NCBI RefSeq assembly: GCF_020745735.1
Contig: NC_083427.1
Coordinates: 1,333,438 to 1,397,437, forward strand
Reading direction: 5' to 3'
Length of the DNA stretch: 64,000 nt
Source of the DNA: Hemiscyllium ocellatum
Lineage: Eukaryota
Positions 11,680-24,310 of the stretch are shown piece by piece (positions within the stretch are counted from its first letter, which is position 1; every line of letters starts with the position of its first letter). The notes beneath the pieces were generated by a model. The model made no database searches. It saw only the letters and a list, made by a program, of their open reading frames with translations, and had not been told where the DNA came from. Both the position numbers and the translations under genes were made by a program.

Positions 11680-12340
11680 GTAAGGACAGTGTTCTAGCAA
11701 CCATGTTCAACATGAACACTTTGTGTTAAATATCAACAGAACATGAAATCTTAACCAAACATTTTAAGGTTCCAGCAATTTTAAAATGCACAAGATCTCT
11801 GGGAATGAAACACCTTTAGCAAACTGCACATGGCTATGAGGTAAACAGCAGAAGCAATAACATCCACAAGCGCATGGTCTCAAGGAGTGTGAAGACTGCT
11901 GATATTAAAAAAAGGAAGGAACCTCTTGTGGCGCATTGCCCTCTTGTGGCATCCTGGACCAAGATGCTTGTGTTTACTTTCCACCTCCTCCAGAGTTGTG
12001 TGTTGAGGTATCTGAACAGGTTGACGAGAAAAATAGGTTAACTAAAAACTTATGTTAAGAGAAAGGGCTGAAACACAAGGTTAATGCTTGAAGGCGTGTT
12101 GCCTTTCGAGAACAATGAAATTTGTTGAGTGGATGATTGTGTCGAAATGATTTTGTGTTTTGCTTGCTTCTGTCACTGCTTCATGCTCCTCCTTTGATAC
12201 CAGCTCGAGCGGTTGCTGACAGTCAACTGAAAGGTACTTAGAAATGCAAACATTTCTCGACGAGTAGAATTCATGCACATGAATTAATGTGTGCATTGGA
12301 AGGATTATATTATTCAGCCCTTTGACCATGGAGAATTAGT

Positions 12341-12661
12341 GGGCGGCACGGTGGCACAGTGGTTAGCACTGCTGCCTCACAGCGCCAGAGACCCGGGTTC
12401 AATTCCCGACTCAGGCGACTGACTGTGTGGAGTTTGCACGTTCTCCCCGTGTCTGCGTGGGTTTCCTCCGGGTGCTCCGGTTTCCTCTCACAGTCCAAAG
12501 ATGTGCGGGTCAGGTGAATTGGCCATGCTAAATTGCCCGTAGGGATAGGTAAGGGGTAATGTAGGGGTATGGGTGGGTTTCGCTTCGGCGGGTCGGTGTG
12601 GACTTGTTGGGCCGAAGGGCCTGTTTCCACACTGTAAGTCTAAGTCTAATCTAATCTAATC
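12341..12661 (+). mobile_element. HE1-like tRNA-derived shark SINE, full length
   Basis: Box A (tggcacagtgg), box B (ggttcaattcc), conserved central domain, CR1-like tail and (CTAAT)n end. Confidence 0.9.
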
Positions 12662-13687
12662 ACATGGAGGACATTGACAATGGATGTTGTAGATTACCGA
12701 TGGACAGAGGTAAGATACAGCCCTGGATTGAGGGTGCCAAGTGGAATTTAATGCGGAAAGCTGTGAGGTGGTTCACTCTGGAAATAGTTAAATGTGTCAA
12801 GAGTACAAGGGGTACATGGTGAGATGTTTGGTGCAGAGAAACCTTCTCTCAAGAAGAAAATTGGTAAGTCGGGATAGTACTGCAATAACAACAAAATAGA
12901 ATTGATTTCGGAAGTCTGAATTGAAAAATAATATTTCGAAGAGGAAGAGCAGGAATGGCAGAATCTATGTAGAGAAAAATAGGTGCAGATGAGCAGAGGG
13001 ATCTCAATGTCCATGTGCAGAGATCTTTGGAAGTTGCCACCCATGTTGATAGAGTTATTAAGAAGAATTAAGCTATTTTAGTTTTGATTGGTAGAGGGAA
13101 TGAGTTTCGGAACCATGAGTTCATATTACCTCTGTGAAAAACTCTGGTGCGGCCACAGTTGAAGTATTGCGTAGAGTTCTCGTCACCACACTATAGGAAG
13201 GATTTGGAAGTTTTGTAAAGGGTTCAAAGGAGATTTACTGGGATGCTGCCTGATACAGAGGCAAGTTCTTATCAGAAATGCTGATGGACGTGAGAATGTT
13301 TTCGTCAGAGTGAAGAAGTTTGGGATGTGACTTCATTGAGATATATAAGATAATCAGAGGCTAAGATAGGGTGGACAATGAGAGCCTTTATCTTCGATTG
13401 GCAATGGATAGCACGCAGGGACATAGCTTTAACTTAAGTGTGATAGACACGGACAGAGGTCTGAGGTAGTTCCTTTATTCACAGAGTAGTAGGAGCATGG
13501 AACGCACTGCCTGCTACAGTAATTGACTCGCAAACTTGAAGGGCATTGACATGGTCATTGGATATGGATATGGACGAGAATGGCATAGGGTAAGTTAGAT
13601 TGGCTTCAGAGTAGTTTTACAGGTCGGGGAAAGATCGAGGGCCGAAAGGCTTGCACTGCGTTGTAATGTTCCATGTTTCATATTCTA
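12662..13687 (+). mobile_element. CR1-type LINE fragment interrupted by a copy of the C4 3' end
   Basis: Colinear with other CR1 copies on both sides of 12838-12981. Confidence 0.88.
12834..12983 (+). repeat. 150-bp copy of 15378-15528 (C4 3' end, donor and intron start)
   Basis: About 7 substitutions and 1 indel by eye. Confidence 0.95.
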
Positions 13688-15086
13688 GATGATTAATTTC
13701 ATTTTGATCAGTATTTTTTTCACAATTCCATTCCCGCCTCGATCATTTAATTGCATGAGCTGAAAGGTTTTGAAAAAGCAAGACTATTTGGATGGAACTG
13801 ATCATGGAACGTAAAATATGAACCACCTATTGAGGAAGAAATGGTAATGGAGCGCAACTGAACTCAGGTCGCGAATCGACAAATTCATGTTAACAGTCTG
13901 CTAGGTTGAACAGAGTCGCAGCGGAATAGATGAACTCAGGACAGCCAGAGGAAAAGCAAGTATTCATACTTAAGAGTTTGGAATGCGAGACAGTAATATT
14001 AATCAACAAGAGAGTAGTTTTTTCAATATTCTCCCTCCCAGACAACCTGACAGAGGCAGTGACGTAACAGAGGAACTGCATAAGCTTTGCAATATGCGCA
14101 CAAAATAAAATTATGCCGTTTGAAGTACAGAATAGACATGAAGCATCATTCCTCACAAGTATTATTGAAACTTTCAGAGATAACCCGTTCTGTGAATTTT
14201 GTAATTGTACGAAAATTTAAGGTAACAATACAAGCAGAACATTCAAGAACCTTCTTTTCATTTGTACTTTACGTCATGCACAAAGAAAGTAACTGTTATT
14301 GTACTAAGAGCAACCATTTTGCCTTTAGCAATCTAGAAGCATGCTTTCCCCTACGTTATGCATTCCTTTAAAATTATCACGATTCTGAACAACTGTTAGT
14401 TTTGGCTATTCCCAACACCAGAGTTGAGAACTGAAAGACATGTGCTCGCAATATTTTAGATTTCCTCACTTAACACTCTACAAAGATGAGTAATATGAAA
14501 AACATCTCTTGAATGTGTCCTTGACTGGAACTGAATCATGCAGCAAGTATCTTTTATTTTCAAATAAAAGCCTGCCTAGGAAATAGGGAGCAAAGTCAGT
14601 TGAAAGGATGCAATCAATAAAATGCAGTTTGATACCAGTTCAATTTCTCCATGAGTTTTTCTGACACAGAGCAAATAATGTAAGCTCATGTACAGGGGAC
14701 ACATATGATATGTGTTTGCTCGTCTGGGACCGGATTCCGATAAATGCAGTTCATGTGGCAGCAACTGTCTTCTGACATTGGTAACTGCAATAGGTGAAAA
14801 TGTGCAGCACTCGAATGGAGACATTAGACCTCAGTATACCCAAGGCAGAGCAGTTTCCAAACTGTTCAAGATTATATCAGAAATATTACTGAAGGCTTAT
14901 CCATAATATTCAGAGTGAATGCAACCAGTACGAAAAGGAAGACACAGCATCTGATTAACTAAGCCTAAACGATCTCAGAAAACAGATAACAGATCGCAGT
15001 AAGTAAAACTATTTGCAACTCTAGTAGTGTTTTGGAATTGATTTCGATATCGCAGCCTGAAAACATGCATTCTTTTCTGTTTCCAG

Positions 15087-15407
15087 GTGATTGCCGTCAG
15101 ACAGATATTGCTGTCCATCTACTGAAACCTCCGTTCGAAGAGATTTGGACACAAAAGACAGCGACCATTGTGTGTGAAATCATTTACAGCAACTTAGAAA
15201 ACATCAACGTTTTCTGGCAGGTGAATGGGGCTGAAAGAACAAAAGGAGTCAAGACAGAAAATCCTGTTTGGAACGGAAGTAAATTCACCATTTTGAGCAA
15301 ACTTAAAGTCATTGCATCAGAGTGGGACAGCGGTGCCGAATATGTTTGCTTGGTAGAAGACAGTGAATTACCAACACCAGAGAAAGCTTCTCTCAAGAAG
15401 AAAATTG
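15087..15407 (+). CDS. IgNAR: IgNAR C4 exon (321 nt, phase 1-1)
   Basis: Acceptor tcttttctgtttccag, donor ATT G|gtaagt. (G)DCRQTDIAVHLLKPPFEEIWTQKTATIVCEII...EWDSGAEYVCLVEDSELPTPEKASLKKKI; includes the extra N-terminal Cys (DCRQ) of the C3-C4 linker. Confidence 0.97.
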
Positions 15408-16204
15408 GTAAGTCGGGATAGTACTGCAATAACAACAAAATGGAATTGATTTCGGAAGTCTGAAATGAAAAAAAAATATTTCGAAGAAACAGAGCAGGAA
15501 TGGCAGAATCTATGTAGAGAAAAATAGGGTTAACGTTTCCAGTCCAGTATGCATCTTCCTAAAAATAGTAATTTACGATATTTTGATATAAGCCTGACTC
15601 ATAAACTAGTTCAATGGAAAAAGAAATCCTGTCAAACCATTAATGCGTTATAGTAAATGGCCCCAAATCAGCAGCAGCAAGTGGCTCACTGGTTGTCACT
15701 GCTGCCTCAGGGCACAGGTTCAATTCCAACTCTGTGGAGAGGGTTCCCAAGTTGACGTGGGCTTCCATTGCGAGCTCCAGTTCTCGTCGAATATGTGCAA
15801 GTTGGATGGATTGGCAATGGGGTACGTGCTTTTGTCGGGAGTGGGTCTTTGAGGGATGCTCTTTGGCGTGTGGGTATGGACTTGTTGGGCCGAATGGTTT
15901 GTTAAAACGCTATGAGGAAATCATGGAAAGTCAATAGCCGTGGCTTCTTCTTTAATGAAAATGAGCGTGAAGAACTGTAAGTGGATGAATCATTTGCACT
16001 CCACGAATAGCAATCTTTACAAAATGTATGATTGGCTCCAAGATTTAAACCAGCAAAGTAGGGGACATGAAATGCTGTAGCATTCAGAAATATTTGCAGT
16101 CTGACAGATACTAAATATTTTATAAACTATATGCATTACTAGCAATGAAATTCTAATACAGATGTAAGATGGTTTCAGCTAAACAAACATCACTCTCTTT
16201 GCAG

Positions 16205-16587
16205 ACGACCAAATGCGTCCGCCTCAGGTTTATCTCATGCAGCCATCAACAGACGAGATTGACGCTGAGAATTCAGCGACCCTTATGTGTCTCGTCACCA
16301 GCTTTTACCCAGCTGAGATCTACATTGGCTGGATGGCTAATGACACCCTTTTGGATACCGGGTACCGAACCCAATTGGATAGCCAGGCGGGGAATGGTTC
16401 CAACTTCGTGACCAGCAGGTTGAGAGTCACAGCGGCGGAATGGAACAATGACATCACTTACTCCTGCTTAGTGGGGCACCCATCCCTCAGCCGGGAGTTA
16501 ATCAGGAGTACAAATAAATCTCATGGTAAACCGACAGCTGTCAATGTTTCAGTCGTACTAAGCGATATTGTTAAAACCTGCACATAA
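16205..16587 (+). CDS. IgNAR: IgNAR C5 exon with contiguous secretory tailpiece (C5 16205-16525; tail 16526-16587)
   Basis: Acceptor ctctctttgcag. (D)DQMRPPQVYLMQPSTDEIDAENSATLMCLV...TYSCLVGHPSLSRELIRSTNKSH, then GKPTAVNVSVVLSDIVKTCT-stop (NVS sequon, penultimate Cys). Internal donor CAT G|GTAAAC at 16525/16526 for the membrane form. Confidence 0.97.
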
Positions 16588-16907
16588 CTTGCAGTGATTG
16601 ACTAACTGTTTTCCATAGATAGGTTCATGTTACTATGGTAATAACTGTTAGAGTAACTGTTTAAGCATTTTCAATTCTTTGCACGCATCAGTCACATTTA
16701 AGATCAGTGATCACTTTTGTAAAAAAGAAAGCAGCTACTATTCCAAATTGCATCTGTTGGTAAAAGATAATTAAGCTTAGACTCTGAAATGTAAAGAAAG
16801 CATTGTCTTTTAATTCTGATCGTTCTGAAGATCGCTTGAAACGTTCCACCCCGCTACTGCAGGAAAAATACACCGTGTTTAAGTCTGTATGTGGCTCCGA
16901 TGGTTGT

Positions 16908-16913
16908 AATAAA
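16908..16913 (+). promoter_or_regulatory. Candidate poly(A) signal of secretory IgNAR mRNA
   Basis: First AATAAA after the secretory stop, followed by U/GU-rich sequence; a second AATAAA lies at 17157-17162. Confidence 0.6.
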
Positions 16914-17949
16914 TGCAGAATGGAAATACTTTGACTTACGTATTCTTGGTTTGCATGCATAGTACTTCCAGAAAGATGATTTTGACATTGATTGAAATGT
17001 GTGTGATACCCACTTGTGAGAAGTCAGCACTACAGCTTGTTTACACGTGCAGACCTTTAGAGCCACTCGGCTTCACTCTGAGTAAGCCACACTTATCCTC
17101 ACCATTTTTGGCTGCACTCCTCCATCATGCAGAGCCAATGGGCTATCGCGTGGTTAAATAAAATGATTGAAGATATTGTGGTGTCAACTTGTTCAGTGTT
17201 GCGAATCAGTTCTCCAAATTGGCCTGACCTTCATGTAGCCAGTCTTGCCAAGTACTCTACGTCCAGTCGTGACGTCCAGTCATAGTCTGTCGTATTTGTG
17301 TTGCATTTTCACAAGGATCCCTGCTTGAGCCCTCATCCTCAGCAGGCTACACGCATTCCATCACAGAGATCATTCTAGCAAGCTCAGACTCCATTTCGAC
17401 ACTGATATCAGATAATTCTCTCTCACAACCGTCTATTTTACCTCTGTGTATGTCTAATACATTCGCAGACATGACATAAAATCAAACAATGCTTAATCCA
17501 CAATCATTGCCCTTTTGTCTGTGGACAACTCAGGTTCGTCACTCATTGGCATCATTCAGCTTTTGTCCATTTCCTGTGGTGACAGTTGTTTTCTTTTCTG
17601 ACTTGAAATTCGACATAAATGGAATATCTAAGTCCATCAATCAACCCAAACGAAGACTGCCATTTTCTGGTTTGTGTGCTTTCACCAAAATCATATGATT
17701 CAAACTGACTGTTTCACCCATTCGTTGTCTGCTATATATCTTTCATTCTCTATAGTCTTAAATTTACACCAAACTGAATTACCAGGTATATGAATTCGTT
17801 GAATTTCCCATTTATCAACACTACTGAACTTTTCAACCATGTCTATTAATGCTTCCCGTGCAAAACGCTTCCTCACTTATCAAAATAATATTCAGTGAGT
17901 CAAATTCGTGTTTGGATACCCTTGCATTCATTTAACCCGTCTTTGCATG

Positions 17950-18205
17950 TATTCCATAGAACATAGAACATAGAACAATACAGTGCAGAACTGGCCTTTC
18001 GGCCCGAAATGTTGCAAAAACATATGGACTTTTCTCAGCTCGACGCCATACACTATCCCCAAATCATCCATGAGCTTATCTAAGGATTGTTTAAATCTCC
18101 CTATTGTGGATGAGTTGACTACCTTAGCATGTAGGGAATTCCCCGCCCTTACCACTCTCTGTGTAAATAACTTGCCTCTGACATCAATCTTAAATCTATC
18201 ACCCA
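17950..18205 (-). mobile_element. CR1-type LINE 3' end
   Basis: (AGAACAT)n tail at ~17958-17978; ORF 17928-18206 GDRFKIDVRGKLFTQRVV. Confidence 0.85.
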
Positions 18206-18609
18206 TTAATTTGAAGTTATAATACAGTTATAATTCTGATACAGTATGAAGAATTTCACTCTTACAGCATCATTCCTGCGTCAGTGTAAGAATCGTTGCT
18301 TCGAACGTCACCCGTGTAGAAACTCCACACTAACCCTAAATATTAGCAGGCGAAATCAGAGTCCACCTGGAAACATCCATTTGAAGTATTATATGTGGAT
18401 GCAAATCCATTATCAATCAGCTGATTCTATCGTTGGTGTAATAGAGTTATGTCATTTCCAACCTGTGCACCAAACAGCCCATTTTCCATGTATCAGTCGG
18501 TCTCCCAGCATCTGTGGAGAGAAAGCATTCTTATTTTGTTCACGTGACCTTCATTAAAACCAACGAGGAAGGGTCAGTCGAAACGAAACGTTATCTCTGA
18601 ATTTCCTCC

Positions 18610-18780
18610 ACCGATGCTTACAGTTGGATTGGTATATAAATAGGAATGATTTATCAGGATATGGGTCAAGTGCTGGCAGGCCGGTCTAGATTGGGTTGGG
18701 ATATCTGGTTGGCATGGACGGGTTGAACCGTAGGGTCGGTTTCCATGCTGTACATCTCTATGACTCTATGACTGTATGTC
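18610..18780 (+). mobile_element. CR1-type 3' UTR fragment
   Basis: ggatatggg..aagtgctggca..ctatgactctatgact tail. Confidence 0.7.
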
Positions 18781-19599
18781 CTGAGTCTTTTGAGCAATTT
18801 TTACTTTAGTTTATGATTTGCAAGATCAACAGATTTTTAAAAACTTTTTTATTTAAAGTGTCATGGCTGAAATAGTGCACACAATAAGCTGAAAACAATG
18901 CAGCAATCTGGAGAGTTGGTTGGCAGGCTTGTGTCTAGATTCAACTGCATCTATGATGCCTCTTCTCCCCCCAAAAAGCTAAGTTTTGACATGGGAGGAA
19001 AAACTGTTGAGCAAAGCATTTGAAACATTCCGAATCTGCAAGGCACAAATTTCACATTGGCTATTCTGATTCGAAGTTTTTCGTGAGGTTATGTGTTCTG
19101 AATAGTTTATGAGGGAAGAATGCAAAGGATTGTGTTCTGAAATGTATACATGACCACGAAAGCCTACACCATTCGTCAGGTGTAAGATAGCACGCTCAGG
19201 TCACCTGCTTTGGTAAACATACATGTCTGAACAGCTGGTCATGAATGTGATGAAATGTTTTGACATTCAGCAGATTTCGCAGTTTCAGGACATGAAATAC
19301 TTATTCTCAGTCGATTGTATCTCCGCATGTGATACTCTGCTTTGCTTTTCGATGTGACAAAACTCCATGTTGAAAGGCATATCTGTGCGTGGATAGATCT
19401 GTTCAACGTGATGTGACAACTGTTCGTGCTGGATTGGTGATTGGAGAGTTCATTTTCAATTGTCTTTTCTGTGTATCCGTACATGAGGCTGTCTCTGAGT
19501 GGGAAAATTTCGAAACAAGTTTTGCTTTTGATGAGTTTCCCCGTGGTAGGCAATTGCACAAAATATTGAGGCATGGGATTGAGTGTGCTTTCACGGTTT

Positions 19600-20655
19600 G
19601 GATCAAGAATTGGCGAGCTGAAAGAAGAAGGTGGTGCTTGATGGGAAATATTCTTCGTGGAGTTCAGTTACTAGTGATGTACTGCAAGGATATGTTTGGG
19701 GTCCACTACAGTTTGTCATTCTTATAAATAACCTAGGTGCAGCATAGAAGGATGGCTTAGGAAATTTGTGGCTGACACTAAGGTCGGTAGATTTGTGGAT
19801 TGTGCCAAAGGATCTTGTGGATTACAGAGAGACATAGATAAACTATAGAGCTATGCTCAGATGCGACAAATGGAGTTTAATGCGGAAAGGTGTGATGTAA
19901 TTGACTTTGGAAAGAATAGCAGGAATAAAGAGCACTGGGCTAATAGTAAGATTCTTGGTTGTGGAGAGGAACAGAGAGATCTCAGTGTCCATGTGCACAG
20001 ATGCTTGAAAGTTGCCTCCCATGTTGATAGGGTTGTTAATAAGGCATACAGTGTGTTAGCTTTATTTGTTAGAGGGATGGAGTTTCGGAGTCATACGGTC
20101 ATGCTGCAGCTTTGCAAAACTCTGGTGTGGCCGCACTTGGAGTATTTTGTACAGTTCTAGTCACCGCATTATAGGAAGGATGACGAAGATTTGGGAAGGG
20201 TTCAGACGATATTTACTCTGACTTTGCCCAGTATGAAAATAAGACCTTATGAGCAAAGTCTGACCGACTTGAGGGTGTTTTCAAGAGAGAGAAGAAGGTT
20301 GGAGGTGACTTAATTGATACATACAAGATAATCAGATAGTTAGATAAGGTGGACAGTGAGATCATTTTACCTCGGATAGCAATGGCTCACTCAAGAGGAC
20401 ATAGCTTTAAATTGCAGAATGATAGTTTCTGGACACTTGTCTGAGGTAGTTGCTTTACTCAAAAAATAATAGGGGATTGAACGCACTGCCTGCAAGAATA
20501 GCAGACTCGCCAACTTAATGACACTTAAATGGTCATTGGCTCGGCATATGGACGAGAATTGAATAATGTTGTTTAAATATACTTCCGATTGATTTCACAG
20601 GGCGTTGCTACATCGATGGCCTTGTACTGCACTATAATCTTCTATGTTCTGTGTT
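19600..20655 (+). mobile_element. CR1-type LINE fragment
   Basis: ORF 19861-20160 QMEFNAERC..EEQRDLSVHVH..KTLVWPHLEYFVQF; tail ttctatgttct. Confidence 0.9.
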
Positions 20656-21879
20656 CTTTGTGGGATCTGGTACTGCAGTGGCTGCTTTGTTGTATATTAG
20701 AAATACCGTGCTGTATACTGTCCAGCTATACTGTGCTGGTGGGGGTGTAGGTAACCACAGTAGATTCCTCAGGTCATGTAATGGGGTATCTATCCATGTC
20801 GGAAACTACTGACATGCTGCTACTAACAAGAATCTGTACATGTACAATCTTGCGTAACATGATGACAATACAAACGGCGAAGCTTTTTATGTGGTATCTG
20901 TTCATGCTAAAAAAAGACACTCATTTACTGAGGGTTCTGTGACATTACGTTTTGGTTAGTTGTTGAATTATGAAAGCCACCATTCTATGTCAGGTATTTG
21001 AAGCATACGGTTTGGATGGACAGAACTGAAACAAAGTTTGGGAATTGCCTTCTATCTATTTCTCAATTTTGCAGTCGAGATCCGCTGTGCCATCGTAACC
21101 TGTCACTTTCATTGTTCTCTCCTCAGTAATTCGATAGCAACTCACCCAACTCCACTGAAGTCTTGTTATCAATTGCATATGCGTAAACTAAACTGATTTG
21201 CTTTTGGGATGCGACAGATGCCAGTTGCAGCAGTTGCTGAGAACACACAGCAGATCAGTTCAAACCGAAATGGCATTGATAGACTAAAGCACTGGACGTG
21301 AGCTTTGAATACATTCTGTGAAGCAGTTTATTTTGTGACAAGTAAGGACACTTCTGCGATCACGATTGTTTTGGATGAAATGTCCAAATGCCTGAATACA
21401 TTATGAACACTAATTTCTTCGCATTAACTATACTGGTGTGAATTCAAGATTTCTTGATGACAGACATTATATTGTTACGAATTAAGGTTTCATTAATTTG
21501 AAGAACACATTGCGTCAGTTGAAATGGAATGCCTAAACTATCTTTCTATTGTTGGACGATTATATCAAGTGATGCAGTGTAAGAAACAACATTTGTGCAC
21601 TCATTATTCCTAAGCTGCTTCAATGATTATGAGGATACCATTCAAGATTTCCAGCATTGTCAGTGGCAATTAACTACGTGGGTCGTGATAAGAAAGCAAG
21701 GAGGCTCCAAACTGATATGGACAGTCTGATGCCTGGGCAAGAAGAGATCAGATGGATTATTTTGTAGATTAATAACAAGTTTATCCTCTTTTTCATAACG
21801 GCCTTCAATGAGGAGTACCTCTGAAAAGCCAGGAGAATGGGAAATGTTCATGCTAAAAGGGAATTGTGAGTCTGACTAT

Positions 21880-22640
21880 ATTAGTTATTGAAATCTAACA
21901 AATGCAAGAAAGAGATGGAATGCTGAGAGGGTTGGTGTAAAGACAACAATCAATAAAACGAAGGAGTCGAGCATTGCCTTGTGGAAGTGAAGCTGATGGC
22001 ATGCCCTTGTCTGCATCAATAGTGCGGAGATGAGGTTCGTCCACAGTGTCAAGGTTCTGGAAGTGATTCCGACCAACAACCTGTCTGGTCTATCCATGTC
22101 GTCTCAATGTTCAAGGGAACAAAAGAGCATCTCTACTTCCTCAGGAGGCTGAAGGAATTTTGACATGTCCACAACCACTCTTAAAAATTTTCACAGATGC
22201 ACCATAGACAACCTTCTCTGTGCATGCATCATCGTGCGATTTGGTAACAGCTTCTCCCATTATCACAAGAAACTGCAAGAGTCATGAATACAGCCCCGTC
22301 CATAACATAACCCAGCCTTCCAGCATTGAAGACGTGTTGATTTTCCATTGTCTTGGGAAACCAACCAATTGAATCAAAGACCGCTTTCACTCCTGCTACG
22401 TTTTCTTCCAGCCTCTTCACTCAGAGAGAAGATATAAAAGTTTGTGCACATGAGCAAATAGATTCAAAAATAGCTTCTTCCCTGCTCTATTAGATTCCTG
22501 AATGGAACTTTCAAATATTATATTTCATGTTGATCTCGCTCTGTTCCTCTTATCTGCAGATGTAAATTTTTATATTCGCTCTGTCCGAGGACCCTGTATA
22601 CTTTGTTTGGTATGATCTGCCTGCAGTGCACCTATGTATG
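21880..22640 (+). mobile_element. Rex1/Babar-type LINE 3' fragment
   Basis: Remnants of the QRLYFLRRL..LTNFYRCTIES..KLQRV..PSIEDI..RCL pattern of Rex1 RT C-termini. Confidence 0.65.
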
Positions 22641-22994
22641 TGTCAATAATAATTCCAATCAAATCAAATTTGTTAGAAAGCAATGAACAGCAACTGTTTT
22701 AAGGAGTTCAATCGAAGTAAATTTGAATGCAAATGCACGTATTGCTTCATATTTGTAGTATTGCTAAGATTGCACCGAGACATAGTGCAAAATCTGTTAA
22801 CATGCAGGATTCTTCCAGATCTTTACAGAATAGGTGCAGAAATAGTTTTAAAAAATACATTATAAAACCAGATTCTAGTCCACGAATGTATCAAATATCA
22901 CACAATTGCCAGTGCCTTGATATTACAGAAAATTTACTGGGATTTCTTTTGTCGACGTGACCAATTTTTCAAAAAAATTCTCCACTAATTGTAG

Positions 22995-23152
22995 GTATCC
23001 CTGAAATAAAAGAGGACCCGGTAGACTATGACATCGAAGAAAACGAACAAGAAAATTTCAATGGAGATGCCAACAGTTCATTATCCATTATGACGTTTGT
23101 CGTCCTGTTTATTCTCAGTACGCTGTACAGCACATTTGTAACTGTGCTTAAG
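22995..23152 (+). CDS. IgNAR: IgNAR transmembrane exon TM1 (158 nt, phase 1-0)
   Basis: Acceptor ccactaattgtag, donor AAG|gtaaga. (G)IPEIKEDPVDYDIEENEQENFNGDANSSLSIMTFVVLFILSTLYSTFVTVLK: acidic connecting peptide plus TM helix with the conserved antigen-receptor TF..LF.LS..YST.VT pattern. Absent from the ORF track. Confidence 0.95.
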
Positions 23153-23675
23153 GTAAGAACACATTTTTCATAGCTGAGTTACATTCGGCTTTCATAGATG
23201 AAGTCAAGCTAATCTGCACATAATAATGCAGAGGTATTTCTCAAAAAAATCATTTATGCTCTTCAAATTGATCTCAAGTGATTAACTGCCGTCTTGAATA
23301 AACGTCCTCATGGGATGATTGCACAGAGGAATGCAAACACATTTTTTTAAAAAATGCGGGATTTAGGAACCAAAATATGTAAGTCATTGAAATAATGCTT
23401 CACTTGTAGTGTCAGCTCATAAAAGGATAGAAAACTGTTTTTTCAAAAAATGGAGTTCATACTTTGTTGTAATAAGCTAGACACGGTGAAATATATTGAG
23501 ACTCGAGAGTATAAAGGTAAAAAAAGGATGGAAAAAGTTCAGCACAAATTGTTTCAAATAGTTCTTCATCTCCATGAAGGAATGAGGAAAATATTAGTTA
23601 ATGAATCAGATTAACTAGTGACAGATCAAAGTGAATTTATAGAAAAAGCATCGGTATGAGAGGCGACTTTATTTG

Positions 23676-23761
23676 TAACATGCAGGATTCTTCCAGATCT
23701 TTACAGGATAGGTGCAGAAATAGTTTTAAAAAATATATTATAAAACCAGATTCTAGTCCAC
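23676..23761 (+). repeat. 86-bp direct copy of 22798-22883
   Basis: 84/86 identical. Confidence 0.95.
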
Positions 23762-23959
23762 CAGTTGCATTTGGAAGCACGGGTTTTCAGAGCACTGATC
23801 CTGTGAAGTGTGATTTTTAACTTTATCCACCCCAGTCCAATACCAAATCCTCGACATCATGCAGAAAGATTGTTTGACTTGGTGGTGGATTAATACAGGC
23901 ACAGAAGACACAAACAGAATTTCTACGGAGTTGTGCTGATCTAACCATTCTAATCCCAC

Positions 23960-24310
23960 GTTGCAGCATTTGAGTTGTATGTTAAAATTCTTGAAGTGTT
24001 CATCCACGTCAACATTTAAATATTATAACGTATTTTCTCACATCTACTACCCTCCGAGGCATTGCCCTGCAGATGCCCACTACCGTCTGGCTGAACAAAT
24101 ACTTCATAAAATTCATTCTAATACACCTACCCTTCAGTTTCAATTTGTTCCTTCCTAACTGAATGAAACAACAGTCTCCCATTTACCCTGTCCATGCCGC
24201 TTGTAGTCATATACATCTCAATCACGTTCCCCTATCTATTTCCTCTGTTGTAAAGAAAACCACCTGGATGAACAAAGTATCTGTTAATAGTTAGAGCTTA
24301 ATCTTCTACA
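23960..24310 (-). mobile_element. CR1-type LINE 3' fragment
   Basis: Reverse complement of CR1 late-RT/3' segments. Confidence 0.65.

Noticed and set aside
12354-12360. CACAGTG heptamers in SINE heads (this and other copies)
   Set aside because: Part of SINE box A; no nonamer at proper spacing.
12341-12420. tRNA-like box A/box B sequences
   Set aside because: They are SINE heads continuing into core and tail, not tRNA genes.
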